From Cyclobacteriaceae bacterium (lineage in GTDB: Bacteria > Bacteroidota > Bacteroidia > Cytophagales > Cyclobacteriaceae), in contig DATGMS010000242.1 in NCBI GenBank assembly GCA_035307285.1, positions 1 through 42,205 on the forward strand: DNA of 42,205 bases, in the 5' to 3' direction. Below are positions 10,464-19,746 of this stretch, piece after piece; the first letter of the stretch is position 1; each line of letters opens with the position of its first letter. Made by a program: the position numbers and the translations under genes. The notes beneath the pieces are model-generated. The model saw only the letters and a program-made list of their open reading frames with translations, made no database searches and had not been told where the DNA came from.

Positions 10464-11933
10464 ATGCTTTCGCAAGAGACAAAAGATAAATATGAGCTGG
10501 TCGTAGGACTTGAAGTACATGCCCAATTGCTAACAGAAAGCAAAATGTATAATTCAGATTCCACCGAGTATGGTAATCTACCGAACACCAATATTTCAGT
10601 AATCACTTTGGGACATCCAGGTACTCTACCCAAAGTAAACAAAAAGGCTGTTGAATTTGCGATCAAAATGGGCTTGGCCTGCAATTCGGAAATTACCAGA
10701 ACCAACATTTTTGCACGGAAAAATTATTTCTATCCGGATCTTCCTAAGGGATATCAGTTGACCCAAGACAAAGGCCCCATCTGCGTCGGCGGGAAAGTTC
10801 CCATAGTGCTCTCGAACGGCGAAAAGAAATCCATAGCCCTTACCAGGATCCATATGGAGGAAGACGCCGGTAAGTCCATCCACTTGGCTGGCGAAGTGGA
10901 TACCTTGGTGGATTTTAACCGGGCCGGAGTTCCGTTGATCGAGATTGTCTCCGAACCGGATATGCGTTCTTCCGAGGAAGCGTACAATTTTTTGGTGGAA
11001 ATAAAGAAACTCGTCAGGTATTTGGACATATGCGATGGGAATATGGAAGAAGGTTCCTTAAGATGCGACGCTAATGTCTCGGTAAGGCTGAAAGGGGATG
11101 TAGAACTGGGAAAGAAGGTGGAGGTGAAAAATATGAACTCCTTTAGGAATGTTGCAAGAGCTATTGAGCACGAATTCGAAAGGCAGGTAGAGTTGTTGGA
11201 AAAAGCCGAAACTTTCGTTTCAGAGACCCGGACGTTCGACGCCACTACAGGCACCACCTCTAGCATGAGGACCAAAGAAGACATGAATGATTACAGGTAT
11301 TTTCCTGAACCGGATCTCAGCCCTGTCATCGTCTCCCAAGAATGGCTAAACAGCATTAAGGATGCCATGCCTTCTCTTCCGGGAGAATTGTATGAAAGGT
11401 TTGTTGATGTTTTCGGTCTTCCGGAATATGATGCGGGTGTATTAACAGACACAAAAGAGATAGCTCTATACTTCGAGGAGCTATGTAAGGAAACCGAAAA
11501 TTACAAAGCAGCATCCAATTGGGTGATGGGACCCGTCAAGTCTTATCTAAATGAGTTGACGCTACCAATTTCAGAATTCCCGATTTCCCCCAAGCAGCTG
11601 GCTGGTCTAATTGCACTGGTAGATAACGGAAAAGTGAATTTCTCAGTTGCCTCTCAAAAGATCTATCCTGAATTGATTAAAAATAGTTCTAGATCGCCTA
11701 TTGAGATTGCTCAGGAATTAAATTTGATTCAGGAGAGTGACGAGAACTCTTTGAAGCCAATTATAGAAAAAGTTTTGGCGGAAAATACCGCGAAGGTGGA
11801 GGAGTATAAATCCGGTAAAAAGGGACTTATGGGGATGTTTATGGGACAGGTGATGAAGAAATCACAAGGCAAGGCAGATCCAAAAGTCGCTAGCAAAATG
11901 TTGACAGAATTGTTGGAGGATAAAAATATATGA
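10464..11933 (+). CDS. gatB: Asp-tRNA(Asn)/Glu-tRNA(Gln) amidotransferase subunit B
   Basis: 489 aa. Motifs RKNYFYPDLPKGYQLTQ and CDANVSVR, plus a C-terminal YqeY-like tail. Confidence 0.95.
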   Translation: MLSQETKDKYELVVGLEVHAQLLTESKMYNSDSTEYGNLPNTNISVITLGHPGTLPKVNKKAVEFAIKMGLACNSEITRTNIFARKNYFYPDLPKGYQLTQDKGPICVGGKVPIVLSNGEKKSIALTRIHMEEDAGKSIHLAGEVDTLVDFNRAGVPLIEIVSEPDMRSSEEAYNFLVEIKKLVRYLDICDGNMEEGSLRCDANVSVRLKGDVELGKKVEVKNMNSFRNVARAIEHEFERQVELLEKAETFVSETRTFDATTGTTSSMRTKEDMNDYRYFPEPDLSPVIVSQEWLNSIKDAMPSLPGELYERFVDVFGLPEYDAGVLTDTKEIALYFEELCKETENYKAASNWVMGPVKSYLNELTLPISEFPISPKQLAGLIALVDNGKVNFSVASQKIYPELIKNSSRSPIEIAQELNLIQESDENSLKPIIEKVLAENTAKVEEYKSGKKGLMGMFMGQVMKKSQGKADPKVASKMLTELLEDKNI

Positions 11934-13045
11934 AAGCAATAAGAAATATTTTGGTCATTGGATTAGTGTCGTTTACCATGGCCTGTGGAAATAATTCCGC
12001 AGAATCTGATGGCACCGTACAAATCAGCGGAGAGATCAAAAATAAACCTGAAGGCTCGTTGATTTTATCCGAATATCAAGGGGATAGAGCGGAAGTCATA
12101 GACACCATTCCTGTGAATGAGAATGGGAAATTCGATTATGAACTTAGCGTGGAGAGCCCAGGGTTTTATGAACTCAACCTTTTCGGCGAGAAAATGGCCA
12201 GGCTGGCGCTTTTTGATGAAGATATTAAGATTGAGTACGACTTCAACGACAAGGAAAGCTTCAAAACCTCCGGATCACATGATACCGAACAAATAGCCAA
12301 GGTAGATCAATTAATGGACCTCTACCAAAAGGAGATTAACGAACTTAATAACCAATATTATGAGGCCATGACTGCCAATGACCAAGAGGCAATTAAATCC
12401 ATTCAGGAACGGTCTATGGAAATGGCATCCAATCACGCCGCTCGAGTAAAAAACACGGTGAAAGACATGGACGGTAGTTTTGCATCCCTGGCCGCAGTGA
12501 TGATGATAGATCCAGGGACTGACTTTGATTTTTTAGATAGCCTTATCAATGGATTGGATCAACAATATCCTAATACAAAGTCGATAATTACCTTGAAGCA
12601 ACAACTGGATGAGCTAAGAACGCTTTCTGTGGGTCAACCTGCACCAGAAATAGCTCTTCCTAATCCAGAAGGGGAGCTGGTACGACTATCTGACTTGAGA
12701 GGAAAATATGTTTTAATCGATTTTTGGGCTGCCTGGTGCAAACCTTGCCGGGAAGAGAACCCCAATGTGGTTAGATTGTACCACCAATACAAGGATAAAG
12801 GCTTTGAAGTATTCGGGGTTTCCTTGGACAGGACTAAAGAAGCTTGGGTAGGCGCCATTGAGGAAGATGGCTTGGAGTGGACTCAGGTTTCGGATCTGCA
12901 GTACTTCAACTCGGAGGCGGCGGCTACCTATCAGATCAATGCGATTCCTGCCACTTACATGGTGGATCCGGAGGGAAATATTATTGCTAAGGATCTTCGG
13001 GGATCAAGCTTGGAGAACAAACTAAAGGAACTGTTTCCCCATTGA
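11930..13045 (+). CDS. TlpA/AhpC-family thiol:disulfide oxidoreductase lipoprotein with an N-terminal extra domain
   Basis: 371 aa. Lipobox FTMAC, thioredoxin-fold active site FWAAWCKPC, and an ATGA overlap with the gatB stop. Confidence 0.85.
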   Translation: MKAIRNILVIGLVSFTMACGNNSAESDGTVQISGEIKNKPEGSLILSEYQGDRAEVIDTIPVNENGKFDYELSVESPGFYELNLFGEKMARLALFDEDIKIEYDFNDKESFKTSGSHDTEQIAKVDQLMDLYQKEINELNNQYYEAMTANDQEAIKSIQERSMEMASNHAARVKNTVKDMDGSFASLAAVMMIDPGTDFDFLDSLINGLDQQYPNTKSIITLKQQLDELRTLSVGQPAPEIALPNPEGELVRLSDLRGKYVLIDFWAAWCKPCREENPNVVRLYHQYKDKGFEVFGVSLDRTKEAWVGAIEEDGLEWTQVSDLQYFNSEAAATYQINAIPATYMVDPEGNIIAKDLRGSSLENKLKELFPH

Positions 13046-13294
13046 TAATTTATCTGTTTCTCCCATGTTTGGGCAAACATATATTATAAGATCTGAAAAA
13101 TAGTAACTACCTTTGTATCTATTTCCACCTCCATCTCAAATAATTCTTTTACTTAACCAATCCTGTACGAATTTCACCTTTCGATGGTAATACATTATTA
13201 GATTTTGAGATATTTCCCATACTTTAAGGGATGTCGAAATATGGTCTGCTTTTTGATCAAACGCTAAATTGAATTAACTCTTATCCACAATCAA

Positions 13295-13777
13295 ATGCTT
13301 AAATTTACAATGAAAAAAGGAAGTTTTAAATTCCCTCTGAGAAGGTTGCTCACGTTGACCTTGTTTTGCTTGCTAGCCATGGGTGCTTGTAAGAGCAAAA
13401 AGAAAGTAGTAGAAGCGGCACCTCCAGCTCCTCCGGTAGAAGCGGCCCCGACTACTCCGACCGCACCACCACAACCCTCAGCCGATGAGGTTGCTGTAAG
13501 TAAATTGGAAAACTATTTTTCCTCTATCGCCAATGCAGGTACCGTGCAGAGTGCCAACAGCACTATACAGGAAACACTGGCTATGTTCTCTAACCAAAAC
13601 ACCCCCGTTTTAATTGTCATCCATGAAGAGAACGGCGTTAAGGACTACGATGAGCCGACTACCATTAATAATTATCTGAACTACTTGAAGGATACCAAAA
13701 AGAACCTGAATTTCATCAGTGATATCAGACTCGACGGAAGTGGCAAGGTGTCAGAATTGGAATTGAGAAGAAGATAA
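13295..13777 (+). CDS. Hypothetical lipoprotein (Pro/Ala-rich linker plus a roughly 95-aa C-terminal domain)
   Basis: 160 aa. Signal peptide and lipobox (LLAMGAC), then linker PPAPPVEAAPTTPTAPPQP. An alternative ATG lies at 13310. I recognise no family motif. Confidence 0.6.
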   Translation: MLKFTMKKGSFKFPLRRLLTLTLFCLLAMGACKSKKKVVEAAPPAPPVEAAPTTPTAPPQPSADEVAVSKLENYFSSIANAGTVQSANSTIQETLAMFSNQNTPVLIVIHEENGVKDYDEPTTINNYLNYLKDTKKNLNFISDIRLDGSGKVSELELRRR

Positions 13778-13804
13778 TTTTATAATCAGACAAATTTAAT
13801 AACC

Positions 13805-14383
13805 ATGAAAAAATATATTCCCTCCTTATTATTCGTTCTTCTTGCCACCACCTTTGTGGCTGTTGCCCAGACAGATGACATCAGCCCACAAAGAAAGCAG
13901 GCGATTGATTCTTTGGCATTAGAAAAGGTAAAGGATTTAAGCAAATACATCAGCATCATAGGAAGTAAGCAGACACAGTTTTCTGAAGCTAACCGGGTTA
14001 TGGATAGAGCAGAAGAATTGTTTGCCCCGGATGCGGAAATGGGAGTTTCTTCGTTAAGCAGTAATGAAGTATCTTACTATAAGGTACGTAACTACTTCGA
14101 AAGGTTGATGGCCTTGAACTACGATCAAGTAAACATCAGCTGGTACGACATTCACTATATCAGTGATCTTGAAAGACAACCTGATGGCAGATATGTTGGT
14201 GTAGTTACCATTTATCAAAGATTTGAAGGTACTTCTGTTGAGAACAACTTGAATTATCGCGATACCACCAAAAAGGACATCACTATCTACGTTGAGAAAA
14301 AGCAAACTCAGGTAGCAGGTAGAACCATAGAGTTCTGGGATGTTATGCTGGGTGATATCCGAGTCACTGAAACCTCCGCATGA
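13805..14383 (+). CDS. Hypothetical exported protein
   Basis: 192 aa. Cleavable signal peptide (…FVAVAQ). It lies 27 nt after the previous gene, and its stop overlaps the next start (ATGA). Confidence 0.6.
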   Translation: MKKYIPSLLFVLLATTFVAVAQTDDISPQRKQAIDSLALEKVKDLSKYISIIGSKQTQFSEANRVMDRAEELFAPDAEMGVSSLSSNEVSYYKVRNYFERLMALNYDQVNISWYDIHYISDLERQPDGRYVGVVTIYQRFEGTSVENNLNYRDTTKKDITIYVEKKQTQVAGRTIEFWDVMLGDIRVTETSA

Positions 14384-15228
14384 GAAAAGGAATCCATCTA
14401 GTACTAGTACTATCATTAACATTAATATCAATTCAGTTTGTCTCGGGGCAGGGTTTGTACAGCCCCGGACAACCTGAAGATGACGGCAGGTTTGCCGCAT
14501 CGACCAAACAAGTCAATCAATTTTTTAGGAGGTTCAACGGCGAGGAAACCCAAGACGGTAAAGAGCGGCTGTATCCAGGCAATAAACAATACCGTGATAG
14601 GACTCTCAGGCAGAAGTTCATCGGCGTGATTTTTGATAATGAAACTTCCCAGGTCCCAAAAGAGCTGAAGAATGAATTTCTTACTGAAGTCACGGCAGAA
14701 AATTATCCCCAGTTTTTAAATTTCCACAAAGGCAATTGGTTTGCGGAAGTAGGCACAATTTTTACCTATCAAGGTAAAAGGGAACAAGTGACCTTGTTCA
14801 TGAAGCTGCAACCGGAGGGCTTAGGATTTGAATGGGTCATTGAGAATGTGTCATTTGATCCGTTTAAGTCCGCATTCAATAAAGCCGAAGGCAACGCAAA
14901 GGAATTTCTTCATCCACTTAGCCATGAACTGGGCTTTATGAATCTGAGGAAAGCCTTACAGGACAACACCAAGCCCGAATCCTATACGCCTAAAGAATTC
15001 CAGCCAGATTTTCTCACGCTATTTCTTTATGAAATAAAAAAAGGGAACATTAAGTTTGAAACGGTCACTGACGTTAAATTCCATTTTTTCCAGATCGATA
15101 AGTGGTATTTTGAACTGTCCCAGTTTAACCGGCCTGGATTTAATACGGGTTGGCTTATATCCAATCTGGTAAAATTGAAGGAAAATGACAAAGAGGTAAT
15201 ATTGGAATATATTTATGATCAGAAATAG
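14380..15228 (+). CDS. Hypothetical exported protein
   Basis: 282 aa. Signal peptide (…IQFVSGQ). It is translationally coupled on both sides. Confidence 0.6.
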   Translation: MRKGIHLVLVLSLTLISIQFVSGQGLYSPGQPEDDGRFAASTKQVNQFFRRFNGEETQDGKERLYPGNKQYRDRTLRQKFIGVIFDNETSQVPKELKNEFLTEVTAENYPQFLNFHKGNWFAEVGTIFTYQGKREQVTLFMKLQPEGLGFEWVIENVSFDPFKSAFNKAEGNAKEFLHPLSHELGFMNLRKALQDNTKPESYTPKEFQPDFLTLFLYEIKKGNIKFETVTDVKFHFFQIDKWYFELSQFNRPGFNTGWLISNLVKLKENDKEVILEYIYDQK

Positions 15229-17659
15229 GCTAATTATATTATCATCCATTTTCTTTATTTCCGTGTTTGGTGTAAGCGCTCAGGATCTTGGCGGATACAC
15301 TAAAGATGAGGTTAAGGAGTTTTCTCAAAAGGTAGAAGATCAAGTACGCTTTCTGGAATATTTTCTAAATACAGTTGGGAGCAAAGAGACATCTGCCCGG
15401 GACAAGGATGTAATCATTCGAGATAGTTATACGAAAATATTTCGTGATGGACAGGTGCAGGTCGAGGACGACCTTCTGTTAGACAGACAAGTGATCACCA
15501 ACAAGGATGTCACGGCCTATCTGAAGGATGTGGAGTTCTTCTTTAAAGATGCACAATTCAAATTTAAGGTAAGAGAAGTAAAACCTGCTTTACGGGAAAA
15601 CGATGCGCTTTTCTTTGTCGTGTCTCTTGACAGGACACTCTCTGCTGTAGGTCTTAATGACGAGAAAATAGAGAATACCCAGCCCAGATTTGTGGAAATC
15701 AATTTGGATAAAAATTCTAACGAATTAAAGATAGCCAGCATATACACCACAAAGCTCAGCCGAGACAAAGAGCTTGCTGAATGGTGGTCAAATCTCTCTT
15801 ATGAATGGTCTTCTTATTTCAGGGAAAAATTCAATATTATCGATGATTCCCTGACCATGGACCAGATCAATGAGATAAGTGATATTGATTCCCTTGACCT
15901 TTCCGGAAACGTCATCATCCAAGATTTATCCCCTCTACATGCTCTAAGGGAATTGAAATACATCAACATCAGCAATACCAATATCCAGGATCTAAGTCCA
16001 ATCAGCAACGTGACGTTTTTAAGTTATTTGGATATTTCAAATACACCCACGCAGGATATTCAGTTTATCAAATACTCGGATAGGCTCAACTATCTGGACA
16101 TTTCGGGGACTAAAGTGACTGAAATTGATGAACTGAACAACCTTAGCAATCTTAAGCACCTTAAAGTCATTAATACGTCTCTACAGGGCTTTGGCGTACT
16201 GAGCTCTTTCAAGATGCTTGAAACCTTGGATTTGGAAGAGAGCGGATTTGGAAATCTAGAAAATCTCGATGCGCTGAAGAATTTGAAAGCTCTAAGCTTA
16301 AAGGGCAATTACCTGCTAAACTTTGATTTTTTGGGTGGGTTGAAGGAATTGGAAACACTCAATCTGGAAGAGACCAATATCATGGACTTGTCACCCTTGA
16401 GCAAAATGTCCAAACTTCGGATACTCAATATCAACGGGACGGAGGTCAGTAGTCTCGATGCCCTGGATGGTCTCGATAATCTTCAGAAGGTGTATGCGGA
16501 CCAAACCAGTATATCGCAGGAGGTAGCTGACGGTTACAGCAGAAGAAACCGGTCTGTTTTGTTGATCTACCAAGTTGAATCATTACAGGCTTGGTGGGAT
16601 AGTTTGCCCGACGGATGGGAGGCAGTACTAAAGGACGCTTTTCCAAATATTCAGGGCAAACCTACCATAGAGGAATTGTACAGCATTGTAGGCGCGGACT
16701 CTTTAGACCTGTCAGGAAGTAGCGTGGTGAATCTGCGGCCTATTGTTCAATTCAAGAAAATAATCAAACTAACTTTTAACGAAACCAAAATTCATGATTT
16801 GACCCCCTTGTCTGAATCTAGGACTATTGAGGTTATCCATGGAAACAACAGCGCAATTACTAACCTAGAGCCTTTGGCCCAATTACGAACTTTGCGGGAA
16901 ATACAGTTTAGCAATACCAACATCTCCTCCATTTCCCCGATAAAAAGGCTGGAGCACCTTAGTTCTGTAGGTGTAGACAATACAAGTGTGCCTCAAGCAG
17001 AAATCCTGGAGTTGGTGGAGGTTATACCAGAAGTCAATGTGGTTTTCCGTACCAAAGAGCTTATGGCGTGGTGGGAAGGACTAAGTGATGCCTGGAGGAA
17101 TGCGCTTAGCAAGCAGTTTGAATTGGAACCTGATCCTTCGTCACAGGTTCTTCATGGAATGACTTCAGCTTCCAAACTTTCGATAGACGGTGGCCAGATC
17201 AATACCGTTGAGCCCTTGTCGGCATTCTTTAATCTTCGCGAATTGATCATCAACAACGTGCCATTGGCTGATATTTCGCCACTGGCGCAAGTACAGACGT
17301 TGCGGCATTTACAGGTTGCCCAGGCGCCTATTTCTGCACTGGAGCCGCTTTCATCCTTGAGAGATCTGGAATATCTGAATGTTTCCAATACAGGAATAAC
17401 CGATTTAAGGCCGCTATCTTCTATTCAATCCCTAAAAACATTTGTTGCTTCCGGGACAAATATCAGCAATTTACGAGGGCTTGAAGGGCTGCACAATCTT
17501 GAAGCATTGGACATAGCAAGTACCAACGCAAGAAGTCTCAACCCTGTAATGAACCTGAATAATCTCAAAAGCCTGATCTGTTTTAACACCCGTATAAAAA
17601 GCCGACAAGTAGATAACTTCAAAAAGGCCAATCCAAATTGTGATGTACGTTATTATTAA
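15215..17659 (+). CDS. Exported leucine-rich-repeat protein (N-terminal unknown module plus three LRR units)
   Basis: 814 aa. Signal peptide (…GVSAQ) and many 22-residue internalin-like LRRs (LxxLxxLxLxxTxIxDLSPL). The start overlaps the previous gene by 14 nt. Confidence 0.8.
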   Translation: MIRNRLIILSSIFFISVFGVSAQDLGGYTKDEVKEFSQKVEDQVRFLEYFLNTVGSKETSARDKDVIIRDSYTKIFRDGQVQVEDDLLLDRQVITNKDVTAYLKDVEFFFKDAQFKFKVREVKPALRENDALFFVVSLDRTLSAVGLNDEKIENTQPRFVEINLDKNSNELKIASIYTTKLSRDKELAEWWSNLSYEWSSYFREKFNIIDDSLTMDQINEISDIDSLDLSGNVIIQDLSPLHALRELKYINISNTNIQDLSPISNVTFLSYLDISNTPTQDIQFIKYSDRLNYLDISGTKVTEIDELNNLSNLKHLKVINTSLQGFGVLSSFKMLETLDLEESGFGNLENLDALKNLKALSLKGNYLLNFDFLGGLKELETLNLEETNIMDLSPLSKMSKLRILNINGTEVSSLDALDGLDNLQKVYADQTSISQEVADGYSRRNRSVLLIYQVESLQAWWDSLPDGWEAVLKDAFPNIQGKPTIEELYSIVGADSLDLSGSSVVNLRPIVQFKKIIKLTFNETKIHDLTPLSESRTIEVIHGNNSAITNLEPLAQLRTLREIQFSNTNISSISPIKRLEHLSSVGVDNTSVPQAEILELVEVIPEVNVVFRTKELMAWWEGLSDAWRNALSKQFELEPDPSSQVLHGMTSASKLSIDGGQINTVEPLSAFFNLRELIINNVPLADISPLAQVQTLRHLQVAQAPISALEPLSSLRDLEYLNVSNTGITDLRPLSSIQSLKTFVASGTNISNLRGLEGLHNLEALDIASTNARSLNPVMNLNNLKSLICFNTRIKSRQVDNFKKANPNCDVRYY

Positions 17660-17702
17660 ATTTCGGCATTGAGAAATAAATGCAGACGTATTTGATGGAA
17701 CT

Positions 17703-17736
17703 CGTCGGGACCTGCCATTTTTGAACGACGTTTTTT
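17703..17736 (+). terminator. Weak hairpin plus T-run after the LRR operon
   Basis: cgtcg (17703-17707) pairs with cgacg (17726-17730), followed by TTTTTT. The stem is short and the loop is long. Confidence 0.35.
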
Positions 17737-17777
17737 ATTCGCTCTGTGCCCAATTTTCAGTTAGTATCATTAAGCTT

Positions 17778-18884
17778 ATGAAAATTGATCTTATTGCTGG
17801 TGCAAGGCCTAATTTTATGAAAATATCCCCCATTATCGATGCCATCAAGATGGCTTCACAGAGAGGGGAGGATATTTCTTTTAGGCTTATCCATACAGGA
17901 CAGCATTATGACAAAAACATGTCCGAAAGTTTTTTTGAGCAACTCAATATTCCTGAACCGGATGTCAATCTCGGAGCCGGAGGGGGAACCCAGGCGGAAC
18001 AGACTGCGGCTATCATGATTGGTTATGAGAGGTTGCTGTTGAAGGAAAGCACGGATCTTTGTCTGGTGGTGGGCGATGTAACGTCTACTATGGCCTGTTC
18101 TATTACAGCTCAGAAGCTACAGATCCAGGTAGCCCACGTGGAAGCCGGAATTCGTTCTGGTGACTGGTCCATGCCTGAGGAGATTAATAGGATGGTCACA
18201 GACAGCATTACCAACTATTTCTTTACTACCACAGAAATTGCCAATGACCGTTTGAGGAAAACAGGAGTCGGGGAGGACAGGATCTTCTTCGTGGGGAATA
18301 CAATGATTGACACCCTTCTAAAGCATCGAAATCGGTTTCAAAAACCAGCAGAATGGGAGGGAATAGGGCTTAAAGAGGGGGGATATTTGGTGATGACATT
18401 ACACCGTCCCGCAAATGTTGACCAAGAGGAGAAGTTAAAGACGCTAATGGAAGAGATCATCAATCACTCCCGAGGAATGCCCTTAATATTTCCTGTACAT
18501 CCTAGGACCAAGAAAATACTGGAAAATTTAGGCATTAAGCATGAACGGCTTTATATGATTGATCCACTGGGTTATCTGGAATTCAATTATTTGGTGGAAA
18601 GGGCGAAGGCCGTTGTAACGGATTCCGGCGGAATCACAGAGGAAACAACCGTAATGGGGGTACCCTGTATGACTTTAAGAGACAATACCGAACGTCCAGA
18701 AACTATCATTCAAGGCACCAATGAACTGATCGGCACGGATCCAAAGGCGATACGACCCGCTATGGAAAAGCTGTTTTCCGGACAATGGAAAAAAGGCAGC
18801 ATTCCTGAAAAATGGGACGGAAAGACAGCTGAGCGCATAGTTGAGGCCTTGCTCAAACGCATCAAAACTGAGTTCATTAGATAA
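17778..18884 (+). CDS. wecB: UDP-N-acetylglucosamine 2-epimerase (non-hydrolysing)
   Basis: Motifs MKIDLIAGARPNFMKISP, HVEAGIRS, DSGGITEE and the HRPANVD region. I use the ATG at 17778 rather than the TTG-extended track ORF at 17721. Confidence 0.9.
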   Translation: MKIDLIAGARPNFMKISPIIDAIKMASQRGEDISFRLIHTGQHYDKNMSESFFEQLNIPEPDVNLGAGGGTQAEQTAAIMIGYERLLLKESTDLCLVVGDVTSTMACSITAQKLQIQVAHVEAGIRSGDWSMPEEINRMVTDSITNYFFTTTEIANDRLRKTGVGEDRIFFVGNTMIDTLLKHRNRFQKPAEWEGIGLKEGGYLVMTLHRPANVDQEEKLKTLMEEIINHSRGMPLIFPVHPRTKKILENLGIKHERLYMIDPLGYLEFNYLVERAKAVVTDSGGITEETTVMGVPCMTLRDNTERPETIIQGTNELIGTDPKAIRPAMEKLFSGQWKKGSIPEKWDGKTAERIVEALLKRIKTEFIR

Positions 18885-18934
18885 TACAAGGCGCCGAACA
18901 CAATTTTTTCCGGCGATCAAGTTGTAGCTCTGGC

Positions 18935-18972
18935 AAATAGGTGAAGCGGTCAACGTTTCACCTATTTTTTTT
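18935..18972 (+). terminator. Rho-independent terminator after wecB
   Basis: An 11-bp perfect stem, aaataggtgaa (18935-18945) with ttcacctattt (18957-18967), followed by a T-run. Confidence 0.8.
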
Positions 18973-19086
18973 GTCAACTGAAAGTACCTGTCTTAGACTG
19001 CGAAAAAATTCTCTGCGCTATAGTCCCTCGTAGGATGAAATTTCCAAAAATAAATAGTAGATTATGTTTTTAACAGATAAGGACAT

Positions 19087-19746
19087 ATGAAAGCGTTGCA
19101 ATATTCTATCCCTATAGTTTTTTGTTTGGTAGTTTCCTGTAGTTCCCCTCAGGATCAAAAAGCAGATAGCCTGCCCATGAAGGTGGCAGAAGCTTATGGT
19201 TTTAACCAATTTAAAGAAGTCAGCTCCCTCCGTTATACCTGGAACGTCAGGGTGGACAGTGCTACAGTTCGTAGCAGAAGCTGGAGTTGGGATCCTGCTT
19301 TGGGAGAAGTGGAATATTCCGGGCCTGATACCACGCTTACCTACATCCAGTCTCGAATGGATAGCACTTTAACGGAAATTGACGGCCGTTTCATCAATGA
19401 TAAATACTGGTTAGTATTTCCATTTCAGTTGGCTTGGGATCAGGGTTATGAGTACCAGGTGACACATAATCAGCAGGCTCCAATAAGCGGGGACGACACT
19501 ACCAAATTGACAGTGGTTTATAACAACGAGGAAGGATATACACCGGGTGACGCCTATGATCTATTTATTGATGGAAATAATCTGATTAAGGAATGGATTT
19601 TTAGAAGAGGAAATGGAGAAACAGGAAGACCTATGACTTGGGAAAATATAAAGGATTTTGATGGAATCAAGATCGCTTTGGACCACAAAGATGATAAAGG
19701 CAACACGGTGCTCTGGTTTTCTGATGTGGTTGTTGAAATGGATTAG
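19087..19746 (+). CDS. Hypothetical lipoprotein
   Basis: 219 aa. Lipobox LVVSCSS. The beta-rich sequence shows no motif I recognise. Confidence 0.6.
   Translation: MKALQYSIPIVFCLVVSCSSPQDQKADSLPMKVAEAYGFNQFKEVSSLRYTWNVRVDSATVRSRSWSWDPALGEVEYSGPDTTLTYIQSRMDSTLTEIDGRFINDKYWLVFPFQLAWDQGYEYQVTHNQQAPISGDDTTKLTVVYNNEEGYTPGDAYDLFIDGNNLIKEWIFRRGNGETGRPMTWENIKDFDGIKIALDHKDDKGNTVLWFSDVVVEMD

Noticed and set aside
10754-11284. 176-aa minus-strand ORF inside gatB
   Set aside because: It is an antisense shadow of a highly conserved gene, with no motif and a Ser-rich composition.
14054-14500. 148-aa minus-strand ORF spanning the junction of the second and third genes of the unknown operon
   Set aside because: It is antisense to two translationally coupled genes with clear signal peptides, and it has no start context or terminator of its own.
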